A DNA stretch of 63,734 nt, filler included, from Diploschistes diacapsis (lineage: Eukaryota): the NCBI GenBank assembly GCA_023645945.1. It is 17 parts of 17 records of this genome, joined end to end, with 100 filler letters (N's around TTAATTAATTAA, not from the genome) between each part and the next. Parts side by side here need not be neighbours in the genome. Positions count along the whole stretch, not along the records: positions 17,010 to 41,999 come from JALAIB010000226.1; positions 42,100 to 44,425 come from JALAIB010002260.1; positions 44,526 to 46,848 come from JALAIB010002261.1; positions 46,949 to 49,269 come from JALAIB010002262.1; positions 49,370 to 51,687 come from JALAIB010002263.1; 12 more parts are not named here. One strand, written 5' to 3'. Of this stretch, positions 38,334-51,787 are shown piece after piece; the stretch's first letter is position 1, and each line of letters begins with the position of its first letter. The notes under the pieces were generated by a model. That model was not told where the DNA came from. It was given only the letters and a program-made list of their open reading frames with translations, and did not search any database. A program made the translations under genes and the position numbers.

Positions 38334-39907
38334 GCTTGTCGCCGTTATAGCAAAAGGGTGATACGTTTAGACTTTATCGGAGATGCGTGGCAGTCTCTCA
38401 TGGGTCTGTACTCCCAGTCCGGGGGATGCTCATTATAACCGAAATCAAGCAATTTTCAGGCACATACCCGATAGAACTACTGTGAGTACAGACATCGCAT
38501 AGACTGAACACATGCTCATAGGATGATCTCTCGATAAGATAGTATCGGCGTCCTCGGGTCCATTATCGGTGATGAAGTTGCAATATACATGGGAATATCA
38601 CGCTATTTGGTGGAGCAATATTGCCGAAATTCCGCATCATATGGCTGGGCTGATGGACATACACGATAAAGACTGTATAGTGTTCTTCTACAGGATCAGC
38701 ACCGAAACCTCGAGTTTTTTTTTTGTTACGTGCTTGAGTCCTCCTACGTCCATGTCGAAACATTTGAGAACCCAGATAGAAAGAGAGTGCTATCTCAATA
38801 GTCTTTGAAGCACTCAACTCCTCTTATACCTCGATCAATACCGAAAGGCTCTACGAGGCTTTTAAGGGCAAGGTATTGCTACAAATCTGGCCTCTCAGAC
38901 CGTGCAATCCAAGCATCAGCAGATGTCGAAAACCACAGCAACCGAAACAAGACATCTTAGCTAGTGGTAGCTCTTATAAAAAGGACCACGGAGACGTATG
39001 CTTCTTAGAACAGCGATGAAACCAGGATGTTCATGGTTGTGATCATTCTCAGACTTGAAAAAAGAGGCTCCATACACCTACCAGAGCAATGACCGCATCC
39101 CAGAGAGGGTGGAAGATGATATATAAATGCCGGAACTGGGCGAGGGGTTGGTTAAGATGTTAGAGCGGTTTCAACGAGGATATAGCGAGTCCTTCGTAGC
39201 GATCATATATATCAAGAACGTGATACCTGCATCAAGGCTTCCCCTATAAGGGCTTCCCCAGAGTACCGGCAGAAGGATCATCGGATGAGCAGATTGTCAT
39301 GATTGTGGTATCACGAGGACTTTATTTGACCGTTTTACCTTCCACAAGTCTGAGGATCCGGACGTGCTGCTTGGGGTAAGTAGGATGTATTGGGAGGCTC
39401 TTACAGTGCTGATAATTACTGAACACTGCGAGCTGTTCTCGAGCATGAATTGAGGTAGGAGTATGAGCAGTTAGAATCGCATTCTGAAGCATGCAGAAGA
39501 GCAGAGGGAATTTGATCAACCGCTTTCTTGACGACTCTAGACCGACTTGAGGACTTAAAGTGCTTCAGCTTACCTACCGTAGATACTCTCAGTACGTGCC
39601 AAACAGCGTGATCCAACTGTAGCATTGCCCGTCTTCTCACACGCTTCTAACTGGCCTTATCTGGGGCTCGGGCTGATTGACGGTAATACAGTTGAAGACC
39701 GTTGGAGTTCATTGAAGGTTGCACGGTAAAACACCCCTCGGCAGTGTGTTTTCCCGGGCCGGAAAGTGGGATGTTTCATCTGGGGGGGAATTAAAACTTT
39801 GTTGGCCGCCAAAGGAGTTGAATTCCTCAATCAACAACTAACTTTCTACTTGTGAAGAAACTCTCCAATATCACCCAGAATCTTACAGATCCCAATTTCC
39901 TCCCAAC

Positions 39908-40521
39908 ATGTCTTCCCCAGCTTCAAAGTACAAGATTTCTGATATTGTAGGGTTGCCTCCAAATCTTATCGCTGTGAGAAGCTTCTGACCGTTTCCCTAT
40001 AGTCGCTGGCCGCATTCGGCCGTCGGGAGATCGAGCTTGCGGAAAATGAGATGCCAGGTCTTATGGCGACGAGAGAAAAGTATGCCTCAGATCAGCCACT
40101 GAAAGGAGCGAGAATTGCGGGGTGCCTTCATATGACTATCCAGACCGCCGTTCTGATAGAAACATTGACTTCGCTCGGGGCCGAAGTAACGTGGACAAGC
40201 TGCAACATCTTCTCGACACAAGATCATGCCGCTGCTGCTATCGCAGCTTCCGGCGTTCCCGTGTTTGCTTGGAAAGGAGAGACCGAGGAAGAGTACCAGT
40301 GGTGCCTAAAGCAACAGCTACATGCGTTCAAGGACGGCAAGACGCTCAACTTGATCCTTGACGATGGCGGAGATCTTACTGCGCTTGTACACAACGACTA
40401 CCCGGAGATGTTGAAGGGCTGCTACGGTCTGTCGGAAGAGACCACCACCGGCGTTCACCACCTCTACAGGATGCTCAAGGGCAAGGGCCTGCTTGTTCCT
40501 GCCATCAACGTGAATGATTCT

Positions 40522-40553
<32 letters not shown>

Positions 40554-41463
40554 GTGCCGCGAGTCGCTACTTGACGGCATCAAGCGCGCTACGGACGTCA
40601 TGATCGCTGGAAAGGTCGCCGTCGTTGCTGGTTACGGTGATGTCGGCAAGGGTTGCGCTCAAGCTCTCCACGGGCAAGGTGCCAGGGTCATTGTGACTGA
40701 AGTTGACCCTATTAACGCCCTCCAAGCTGCCGTCAACGGATTCCAGGTCATCACAATGGAGGACGCTGCCAAGGAGGGCCAGATTTTCGTCACCACGACT
40801 GGTTGCCGAGATATTCTGACCGGCCAGCACTTCGAGGTGATGAAGAACGACGCTATAGTGTGCAGTGAGTCTGACCAGTTGATGCTCTGGCTGTGGTACG
40901 CTGATTTCATGTCTAGACATTGGCCACTTTGACATTGAAATCGACGTTGCGTGGCTTAAGAAGAACGCCAAGTCCGTCACTAGCATCAAGCCCCAGGTCG
41001 ACCGTTACCTCATGCCGAACGGTCGCCACATCATCCTCCTCGCCGAAGGTCGTCTCGTCAACCTGGGGTGCGCAACCGGCCACTCGTCCTTCGTCATGTC
41101 GTGCTCCTTCACCAACCAGGTCCTCGCTCAGATCATGTTGTTCAAGGCCGAGGACGAGGAATTCGGCAAGAAGTACATCGAGTTCGGCAAGACTGGCAAG
41201 AAGGATGTCGGCGTCTACGTGCTTCCGAAGATCCTGGACGAGCAAGTCGCGCTGCTGCATCTCGACCACGTCAACGCCAAGCTGAGCAAGCTGAGCAACG
41301 TGCAGGCCGACTACTTGGGTCTCGACGTCGAGGGACCGTTTAAGAGTGACATGTACGTTTTGTCTATTCCCTATTTCCTTGTTCACTTTCTGGGCCTATT
41401 TTCGAGGCCCACCATCACCACAAAACACGACAGCTAACGACCCATTATAGCTACCGCTACTAA
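39908..41463 (+). CDS. SAH1: S-adenosyl-L-homocysteine hydrolase; 4 exons
   Basis: [64 protein letters not shown] and terminal GPFKSD.YRY. Three canonical introns. Confidence 0.97.
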
Positions 41464-42099
41464 ACCACCCACCACTTCAGCAAGAAACAACCATCTCATT
41501 TGCAGCAAAGGGATTTCAACAAAAGCGAGCGCTTGATCCTCAACGTCATGATAGATAATTGGGATACACCGGGATGGGCCTGTTCATCACTAGGCCTTTG
41601 CTAGCGTGGCGTTGCGTGTCGGGGTATCAGGGGCCCAATGATTACGGCTTACGAAAAAGAAAGAGGCCTTTCAACATGGCTGGGGCAGCATCGGGGGGCT
41701 TTGCACAATTTTGAGCATGTGTACGTTTGTGCACGATGGCGGGTGACCGGGTGACGTGAGATAGACAAGGCGAAATCAGATATTCGCTGTTTTGGCATTA
41801 CATTTTCCATTGGGTGTGTGAATCGCTCGCGGTGCTCTTTGCTGGAGGACGTAGTAGCACATGCCCAGCAAAGCTCTCCCTCATTCCCGCAAGCAAAGTT
41901 GCCCGAGACATACCGGCATGTAGCTCACACCCCCCGTCTTCCCCTTCCCTTTTCCCACGGCTCCTCATCTCTTTTCTGCCCCTTTTCTTTCTCCCTCCCN
42001 NNNNNNNNNNNNNNNNNNNNNNNNNNNNNNNNNNNNNNNNNNNTTAATTAATTAANNNNNNNNNNNNNNNNNNNNNNNNNNNNNNNNNNNNNNNNNNNN

Positions 42100-42463
42100 G
42101 CTGTGAAATCTCAAATAAACTATCACCTAGTTACTTAGATCATAACACTTGGATTAAATTTTTTTATTATCGTGAACTTTAATAAGTTTATATGGTCTAT
42201 ATAGATTTCGATTTCCTTTATTCCGTAAACATAAATATACTATTTATTTAATACAACGATTATAGCGAGTAATTCTTAATCGTTTATATCGTGATTAATT
42301 TCTATTAATAACATTTTTCTCGAATAACAGGTTATCAACCGCCACTTATTATTATTATTTAATTATAATAGGTATGTTATAATAGCTAGTCCTAAAGCAT
42401 CGGTTTCGATTCGTATCGGTTTATTTAGATTATAAAATCTTAAAATAGGCGCGTTAATCGTTA
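42100..42463 (-). mobile_element. RIP-degraded Gypsy RNase H fragment
   Basis: Minus strand reads PIRIETDALGLAI followed by a degenerate DxELLAI motif. Confidence 0.65.
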
Positions 42464-42760
42464 TGAAACGCCAGCGCAGGAATGGAATACTACACTACCG
42501 GGGGCTGGGCCTGATCCGGAAGGATTACGTGTAGCTGGGCATCTACAGATAAAAGGTCTCGATTCGAAAAGCTAGAGAGGAAATTATCTAAATAGGAGGA
42601 TAGCAGGAATAAATAGTATGTGGGTACCAGCCCTACGGGGTTCGGGTTTTACCCGCCTACACAGCTACCCCCTAACATCCTTAACACGGTTGGTACCCGT
42701 CATATAACCCTACCGTCACGTGACCCCGGTGGCTTGGCACGCCTAAGCTGATCTGTCTCA
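42464..42760 (-). repeat. LTR family C, 3' LTR with PPT (AGAAGGGGGTAG, minus strand, 42772-42761)
   Basis: TG...CA ends. The same PPT and flank precede the copy at 61645. Confidence 0.85.
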
Positions 42761-42977
42761 CTACCCCCTTCTCCAAATGCTTATGTCTCTTATAAACGCG
42801 ATGATACCCTTTTCAGTTAATATTCACTTCGATCTTTATTCCTTTCGCTAATTTATTTAAAAGAATACTTATTATTCTTTCGTAATAGATATTATCGTTT
42901 TTTTAAATCTCTTTTAACGGTATTTTTATTTAAATATGTTTTTAGATTTTATAAAAGAACGTGATCGTCGTGATAAT

Positions 42978-43423
42978 TGTTATGATCTCTATCTATACAA
43001 GATATACACGAGTAGGATCAAGGTGGGTTTGGTCTCTGTTAGAAGAGGAATGTGGCAGGAGAAGAAGATAGAACAGTTATAGATCTTGAACTATCTCTAG
43101 AAAAAAGGCTCTAAAATAATAAAAATAACGAATATAAATTAATCCCGAATAATAATTTAAAATATTTATAAAAATGAACACGTTTTAAATTTATAAAGAC
43201 TATAACGACGTTCTTATATAATTAACAGCTTCTTTAATAAAATAAATAAATAAAACTACCGTTTTTTTCTTTTATTTATAGCCGGGTAGAACGGTTTTTT
43301 AGATCTTTTACTCATCACGTAACCCGTGTCACCCTAATTAGACTATATATAAAGAATGATTAGGAAATGCCCGACTAGTTGTTGCGTACTAAATATTACC
43401 GATTAATATCTTAGATCGTAATA
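42978..43423. repeat. LTR family E copy; partial or reverse copies at 49370-49610, 54204-54513, 56690-56778, 62730-62817 and 63293-63734
   Basis: TGTTATGATCTC...GATCGTAATA ends. Near identity with 54204-54513. Confidence 0.7.
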
Positions 43424-43429
43424 TTATTT

Positions 43430-44425
43430 CCTTCTTTTAATCTTATCGGCCCGATAAGTATCGAAAAGTTAATATAAGTATTAAATAAAAAAGAATTTTA
43501 AGTCGTGGGACAGCGATGTCTTCTTTATCTTCGATATAAAAGAAACGTTTAAATTTTATTATTCGTTTTCGGGGTTTTCTAGATATATTATTTTGTAATT
43601 ATTGTTTGTGTTTTTACGATTATATTAGGATATCTTTTATTTCGGTAAAATACGTTCGTTATATTGAGTTCGATAGGAAGGATTGCGTTTTTATTATATA
43701 AAAGGTAGTTAAACGGACCATTCTTTCGAAGAAGGACGAGATCGAGAAGGATGAAAAGCTTGTTAACGAGGATGATAAATAAGAGAAGGAATTGGAAAAA
43801 TAACTTCGTGAAATTAAAGATCGTCGTTTTTAACGCAAATATCGCATTCGTCGTAATCGAAAGGTTCTTAAGTTAACAAAAGGTCGCGCGGACGCGTAAG
43901 CGAGGTATTTAATAAAAGAATTGGATTTGGAATCGTTCGAGATATACGTCAACGTTTGGGAAGACGTGTCTTTAAAGTTTGGTTTAGAATTATCAAAATT
44001 GACCGCGATGTCGTTTGTTTAATTAAATTAATTTTTGGGGAATGAGGTTTTTATTTCTTTAAATTAAATAAGTTTGCGGTATTTCTTTATTTTGTTTTTA
44101 TAATTGTTTAAATTCTCTAAAGGTTCTCACGTGTTCTGTTTCGATAAATATTCTTTTTATTTAATAAAGAATCTTTTAGAATTATTATTTAAAATCTTCT
44201 TAATTTCGTATTTATTCTCGTTATTAAGTTCGAAATAAAAAGTTTTTTATAACGATGTTTCTAGATATGCTAATTCGAGGTATCGGGAGTAAAATATTAA
44301 ATAAATTTTCGCGTCTTTTAATAATTTGAATCGATAATTGACTCGTTTGGTTTCGTCCGGTATAACGGGTTATTTATCGATAAGAAAAGGTCCGATTTTG
44401 ACGTGATCGAGTTTTTTAAAAAGTT
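43430..44425 (-). mobile_element. RIP-degraded Gypsy integrase C-terminus/chromodomain and downstream region
   Basis: Minus strand KKLDHVKIGPFLI (GPF motif) at ~44420-44380, and a chromodomain-like NT.EPLENL. Confidence 0.7.
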
Positions 44426-45340
44426 NNNNNNNNNNNNNNNNNNNNNNNNNNNNNNNNNNNNNNNNNNNNTTAATTAATTAANNNNNNNNNNNNNNNNNNN
44501 NNNNNNNNNNNNNNNNNNNNNNNNNCATAAATGTATCGGAGATGGCACGTTTGTAACGTAATATAACTGATATATATAATGTATATTAATTATTATAGGA
44601 ACTAAATATAAATTAAATAGCTTAATAGACACATTATATGTAACCGGGGTGGGGAATAGGTGGTGCTCCCGAATCGCCCTGTGATATATCTGCGCTAGTG
44701 CAATGAACAGCCTGCAGCCCTGTTTAACGGCGTATAACTCAAAATCAGCAGAAAGATGCTGCTGTATACGCTAAAGTCCAAGCATAGCTACAGACTATAG
44801 TTCTTTACCCCGCATATATAGGCGGGCGGCCGAATGCAGTAACACGGTTCGACCAGGGCTTGCCACTGTCTACGATCTCTTCCGCAGATGCTCGAGATTT
44901 GGGACCCGAGCCAGCGTTGTATGGTACGTGCATCCCGTGGAGGATGGAGGTTCGATAGGCGGTTGATAGTGGTGAGTGGTGGTGATAGTGTCGTAGCGGT
45001 GCAGCGTCCGGCATCGTATGCATACACAAAAGTACGAACTAGGTAGCAGAGACGGGGATGAACGATTTAACGATTATCATGGCAGAGCACATCGCGCTAC
45101 TGGTTGGTGCTGTTGATAGCGGGTGGATGATGGTAGTGGCGGCGCTCCGAAGACCGGAGAGTTGTGGGAGAAGATGGGAAAGAGAGAATGGAGAGAAGGG
45201 TGCTCTGATCTTTTCTGTTGTGCTAATCCTCTTGTTCTTGTTGTGCTGCTGCCTATTGCTTGTTTCTGAAAAGCGCCTTTCTTGTGTGCAGTATTTTCTT
45301 ATCCTTAAACTTTCCAGAGCTCAAACCTGCCACCACAACC

Positions 45341-46338
45341 ATGGAGGCGCAACACGAAAAGGAAATGCTGCTCGACGACAATAGCTCCCAGGGCGACACC
45401 TACGACGAACAATACTCTTTCAGAAGGCGGCACTCCATAGCCCGAAGAACGAGCATCTTCCTTGCCCTCATGCTTTGCGTATCCATAGCCGCCAACCTCA
45501 TCGTCTCCTGGAAATACATGCACCAGAAACACCACCAGGACGACCATGTGTCAAGATATGGTAGTCGAACCTCCAATACCTTAGTTGTCTTTCACAGTAT
45601 CATGGCTAATGATTACTCAAAGCCAAGCTCTCCCGTAACATCCCGATCCCAATCACATTCCCCGAGATCAACCATGTCGACGAAACCGCCGACACCGTCT
45701 GGCAGGAGATCGACGCCAGCTTCGGCGTCATCGCGCTCGAGGACGAATACAGCCAGTCGCAGGGTTTCCCGCGCGGCCGGGAGTTTCCCTGGGACAGCTC
45801 GAGGTCTATTTACCTCGTCAATGCTTTCCATAACGTCCACTGTTTGGTGGGTCTTGGTTTGGGGCCCCAACTTCCCCCTTCTCCCCTATGCACAGGGCCT
45901 TCTTATCGCTTCACTTCTTTCGACGCCGGGGTCCTAGATTGCTTTGTGAGCTCGATGGGTTTCTGTTCCCTTGCTGACCCCAACCAGCAAAACCTCCGCA
46001 AGGACTTCTGGTCCTGGTCCCGCAACGAAACCATCACCGAGCACATCTTCGAGCATGCGCTGCACTGCCTCGAGTCCCTGCGGTAGGATGTCGTGTGCAA
46101 CGCCGACGAATTGCCGCGGTACGGCGGCTTCGCGAACGGCGAGTCGAGCAAAGGGCAGGTGAGAATGTGCCGTGATATAGGCGCGCTGAAGGAGTGGGTC
46201 AAGGGAAGTACTGCCTGCCACAGGCATGATGAAAGTATGGGAGTCATGGAGAGGTACAGCTACTGTCCAAAGGGGAGCGGGTATATTGATAAAGTAAGGG
46301 AGGTATTCCCGGGGAGGGAGGAAGTGGAAGATAAATGA
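45341..46338 (+). pseudogene. DUF3328 / UstYa-like oxidase with a premature TAG (46084-46086); exons 45341-45560, 45623-45846, 45988-46338
   Basis: N-terminal TM helix, FPWD, two HxxHC motifs (FHNVHCL, HALHCL), LR*DVVCNAD where the family has LRQ, and RMCRD. Canonical introns. Confidence 0.88.
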
Positions 46339-46948
46339 TAAGATGACGAGGAGGGGAGAGTAGTTAGAGATCATGTACCTCTGCAAGAGAAAGCAGGATT
46401 CGTGCATTGGTCCCTGTATACTGCGAGGCGAAATCTTGCGAGAGTTTCTTGAAGCAGCGGCGTGGGATGCTCTTGGATGTTTTAATGATGTCCAGCGAGT
46501 ATCTTGGAGCATGTCTGGCTACAGTCACGTCCCAAAAGTAATGGTCCCTCCACCAAAACACACCAAAATTTTCGCATTTCAGGAAGCTCCCAACTCATCA
46601 ATTAAAGGTTTTAGGAGTTGAAAAGATTATAACGGACATCTAAAACTACGCTCAATATATATAAATTCTTTTAAAAAAACTTCATGCGATATAGAGTGAT
46701 TAATAACACGATAAACTTTTGAAGTGTACCGCTGCCGTCAAAAATCGCGGCAGCGGTACGTTCTCGATCTTTACAACGTAATTATTTTCGTTATAGCTTT
46801 AATAATTTCAAAAAAAAAATAGTAGAATAAATATTTATTTTATTATAANNNNNNNNNNNNNNNNNNNNNNNNNNNNNNNNNNNNNNNNNNNNTTAATTAA
46901 TTAANNNNNNNNNNNNNNNNNNNNNNNNNNNNNNNNNNNNNNNNNNNN

Positions 46949-47474
46949 TGTTTTTAGATAAATACCGTCTTTTTATCTAACTGTATTTAGGAGTTTAAGA
47001 GAATGAAATATAAGAAAATAAATCCAGAAGCACGGTTACGTCGAGAAAGAAATATTAAGAATAATAAACTTTTAAGTATTTTAGTTACCGGAGAAATATA
47101 AGACTATATTAAAATACAAAGATAGCAGGATAGAGATTTCTTATTAATAAAACTTATATAGAATTCGCTATAAAACAGCGAACTATTAAAGGAAGAATCG
47201 TATATAAATATAAAAGTAAGCGGTAGATTTGGTGGGGGTAGTTTTTATAAGGCAATTCCATTTAAGGAGGCCTGCTAGGTAACTTTAGATAATAAATACA
47301 TCCTACACTTTATAAATGTTCTATCTAGACATGCTGTTAACTACGAAATCATATTACCTTCCCTTATACTGTTAACTACGAGATCACACTACCTTCCCTT
47401 ACTACACCATCTACGACTATTTACCTACTACAGCAAGGGAAGTCTCCCTAGACAGCGCGCCTTATGTTTATACT
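46949..47474 (+). repeat. 3' end of an LTR family D element (internal end, RIP-altered PPT, LTR ~47205-47474)
   Basis: Reverse complement of 52347-52830. Confidence 0.75.
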
Positions 47475-49269
47475 AGTCGTTGATCTAGTATATAATATCG
47501 GGAAAATAAATATCTCGTTAATAATAAATGGTAATAACACGTTAATCACGGACGACAATAGGATATTAATAATACAGAAATAGAAAATTTAGAATAAATA
47601 TATTAAACCATTTAAACCAGCGATAGATCATAGTACCCTAAGGGCCTATACTTCAAAAAGTTAGATAAAAGATGCTGAACTATTTAAATCGGTTATAGAT
47701 TATAGCACCCTAAAGGCCGATGTTTTAATCAAGAAGTTCTTACGAGTAAAGATTCTAAAGAAAAACACTGAACTTAAACTCGAATCTGAACCCGAATTCC
47801 ACCCTAAACCTAAATCAGCCAAAATAAACATGAATAATATATTAATAATAATGATTACGTATTAGAATAAAGAGTTGTTTAATACGACCCTTATTACTAG
47901 CAAACGAGAACGGGATAATAAAGGATATTCGTCGGTTAAAATTTTAAGAAGTTATATCGCGCTAATCGCTAATAAGTAGGAAATGACTAGCGACGTTAAA
48001 CTAAAATTATCTCGAATTAATATTCTAAAGAGCTATAAAGAGGCTATTAATGACCCAATCTTTAGAAAAAAATAGAAGAAAGTAATAAGAAGGAAAATCG
48101 ATTTCTTATTTCTAAATTAGACCTAGATTAAACTATCTAAACCAAAGAATACTAATATAATAAGCTTAAGATAGATATTCGACGTAAAATATAATCTTAA
48201 TAACGATATTAAAAGGTTTAAAGCTAAATTAATCGTAAAAGGGTTCTCGTAATAAAGAAAAATCGATTTTAACGAAACATTTATTTTTATTATTCGAGCG
48301 GACTCTTTACGCATTTTATTGACGATTATCGTAATAAAAGATCTAAAATGTTATTAAATAAACGTTAATAATGCGTTTACGAAAACGTCGTTGACGTATT
48401 AAATCTATATAACGTTATTTAAAGGATATAACGTCTCTAAGAATACTATCTTAAAGATTAATAAGAGCTTATACGAACTAAAGCAGGCAGTAAAGGATTG
48501 ATATAAGGAATATAATAATATAATCTTAAATCTAGGATTCAAAAGATACGACGTCGACCTTTATATCTTTATTTTATAAGGTCGAAAGCTACTAATTAAC
48601 CTATACGTCGACGACATCATCGTGATAGCACCTAAATTACGAAACGTGAACTGGTTTAAAAAAACCCTCGCTGAACGTTATAAGATCAAGGATCTAAAAG
48701 AGATTAAAAAGATTCTAAGAATGAGAATTCAGCGACAACGCCAGGGAATAATTCAGCTAAACCTTGACCAAGAAGCTTACGCTAAAAAGATACTCGACCG
48801 ATTTAAAATAACAAGGGACACGCACAAAGGTCAAAAGATCTTATTTAATAGATACAGCGGCATTAAATAAAACGACTCGCCTGAACCAACGAACAAGATT
48901 CAATATTAAAAAATAATTAATAATATTATACATATAATAGTCTATATTAAACTAAACATTACCTTCGTAATTAAAAAGCTTAGTTAATATATAAATAACC
49001 TCTATTTCTATTATTTACATGCATTTAAGGGATTATTCCGTTATATTCGAAAGATTAAAGATACGAAGGTTCAGTTTTTGACTGAATTTGAATCTAAATT
49101 TTTGAAGTTACGAGGATATTTTGATATAAATTACGAGGGAGATAAGGCAGACCGAAAGTTTACGTATAAATATATCTTTTAATTATATGGTGGCTTAATA
49201 TTATGGATAAGTAAGAAGTAAAGTTCAGTTTTTATCTCGATAACTGAAATTGTATATATTGGATTATTA
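47475..49269 (+). mobile_element. RIP-degraded Ty1/Copia RT and start of RNase H
   Basis: RFKAKLIVKGFS, NVNNAF, KSLYELKQA, LYVDDIIV (intact YVDD), KDLKEIKKILRMRI and ADRKFT. Confidence 0.92.
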
Positions 49270-49609
49270 NNNNNNNNNNNNNNNNNNNNNNNNNNNNNNN
49301 NNNNNNNNNNNNNTTAATTAATTAANNNNNNNNNNNNNNNNNNNNNNNNNNNNNNNNNNNNNNNNNNNNAATTAATTATATATAAACACGACTTTACCTT
49401 CGTAAAAAAGAACGTATTTATTTTTATAAATATCTTAAGTTATTATTCGAGATTAATCTATATTCGTTATCTTTATTATTTTAAAACTTTCTTTCCAGAA
49501 ATAGTTTAAAATTTATAATTATTCTATCTTCTTTTCCTATCATATTCCTTTTTTAATAAAAATCAAACCAATTTTAATTCTATTCGTGTATATCTTATAT
49601 AAATAGAAA

Positions 49610-51687
49610 TTATAATACTTAAATATCCTTAAAAATAAGTGTTATTAACAGCATAACCGAGCGATCGCCATTAATAGTTAGATCCGTAATACTTCGCGTA
49701 CCTAGAATAATAACGTTATTAAATAAAACCGATATCCGTATAAAAGATACAACGGAAGTTAAAAGCGATAACCTCGAAAATAATAATAAATTTAACGAAA
49801 ATAAATCGTATAAAAAACCCATTATAAAAGCTATAAAATTAATAACGTTTTACGAAAACCGAAAGAAACTAGAATATTAAATACTCTAATTTTCAATATA
49901 TTTCTATTAAAACCCGCACATCATAAATAATTAAAAAAAACGAACAGTTTTCGTCGTAGGATTTATACGTGACCGCGTATTAACATAAATAAAACCTTAC
50001 CTCGACGTATACTTAAGAAGTTAAAAAAATAATTACGGAATATTTAAAAACTTCGCAAGGTTCAAAAAACAGGTCCGATTGACCTTCAAAATAACCAATA
50101 ATAAAGAATATGCAATTCGAGTTATCAAAACAATTAACCAAAGAAGCTCGGTTTCAGAATATATAACAAAATTTCAAGAATACGCCCGGCTAATTAAATG
50201 AAATAAGGAAACCTTGATAAAAATATACAAGAACGGATTCAAGAACTTAATCAAAAATGAACTCATACGCAATTAAAATTAGCTTCGGAATCTATCGGCC
50301 CTTCAGATTAGAACAATAACAATAAACGACCGATTATTTAATCGAGAACAAGAACGTCGCTTTAATCGGAGCAAGACTATTAAACCAGAATTTCGCTACC
50401 GCACTAATTATATAAAAAATATATAAAATATAAGATACATAAACAACGACGTTATGGATCTCGATACCTTAATTAATAAACCCCGGCCTAATTAGAAGAA
50501 AGGAGTTAAAGGATCTAACGAAGGATTTTCAGTTAAAGGAAAGAAGTGCTTCGAATATAGTAAGATAGGCTATTTCGCTCGAGATTGTAGATCAAAAAAT
50601 AAGATTATTAAGAAGGATATCTTAGCAGCGATAGATTAATATTATCTTAACGTAATTATAATTATCTTTATAAAGAACTATCCGACCGACGGATAACCTT
50701 AGGAAGAAGTTATAGTTAACTCGGATATTATAGTCTGACAGGGCGATATCGACGATTCAATTGATGAAGATATCGAAACCACGTTTTTATTAATTATAGT
50801 ATTAATTACGTAGGTTTCGAAAAATAACGATATTCCGAACTTAGATGTAACGGAATATAAGAAATCGGTTTAAATATGCGATCCAATTCTTGACGCTAGA
50901 TCAAATATTCGAAGATCTTTAAGAATTAATTTAAACGAAGAAGCAACGTACGCGTTTCGTATTTTAGAAGGAGTTATGGGTAGGTAAGAGTACCTCCGAA
51001 GGAAAGCTTTTATCATTAACAATCGAAAATATTTAGATCACATACTTTTCGACGAGTGCGGAAATTTTAGATACGATTACGTTAAGTACGAAATATTAAT
51101 ATACGTCCTTTACGGAAGGATAGTTATTAACGTAACATTTTAACGATATTACGAGGAAGTGTTGTATAATAATAAACACGAAGACTATTTTCTTTTATAC
51201 GATTATAAGATAAAGGAATATCCGATCGGTATATATAACAAAAGAATAATAAAATCAGAAACGTATCTATTAACGGTGAAAGGAATCATTATAATAGCAA
51301 AGTTTTACTTCGCACATAATACTTATCGTGTAAGAAAGTATAAATATTTAGACCACGCAGAGTTCTGTGAACCAAAGAACTGCCGCGATAAGAACTGTAT
51401 GATCTTAACATACCACGATTATAGACTTCGGTTAAGAATCGCGAAGAATATAAGAATCGACGAGTTAAATCCTATGTATCTTAAATATAAAGAATGGAAC
51501 GACCTCTATTATAAAAAAATGTTATATAATAATAAACACGAGAATTATTATCTTTTATACGACTATAAGATAAAGGGATGTCCGGTCGATATCCATAACG
51601 GAAAACGAATAATAAAATCAAAAACGTATCTATTAACGGTAAAAAGAATCATCACGATAATAGAATTTTATTTCGCATATAATATTT
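49610..51687 (+). mobile_element. RIP-degraded Gypsy gag region with zinc knuckle and a 360-bp internal duplication
   Basis: KCFEYSKIGYFARDCR at ~50545-50590 (RIP-altered CX2CX4HX4C), MDLD motif, repeat units starting at 51159 and 51519. Confidence 0.7.
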
Positions 51688-51787
51688 NNNNNNNNNNNNN
51701 NNNNNNNNNNNNNNNNNNNNNNNNNNNNNNNTTAATTAATTAANNNNNNNNNNNNNNNNNNNNNNNNNNNNNNNNNNNNNNNNNNNN

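Noticed and set aside
38500..39330. Coding-like fragments (IGDEVAIYMGISRYLVEQYC...) between MFS and SAH1
   Set aside because: May be a decayed gene, but frames are short and interrupted and I cannot assign a family.
39908..41463. SAH1 as a member of the sulfotransfer cluster
   Set aside because: A housekeeping gene ~9 kb away beyond three unrelated genes; the shared sulfur theme is likely coincidental without synteny data.
44780..45340. RiPP precursor peptide upstream of the DUF3328 gene
   Set aside because: No signal peptide with KR-delimited repeated cores in any frame.
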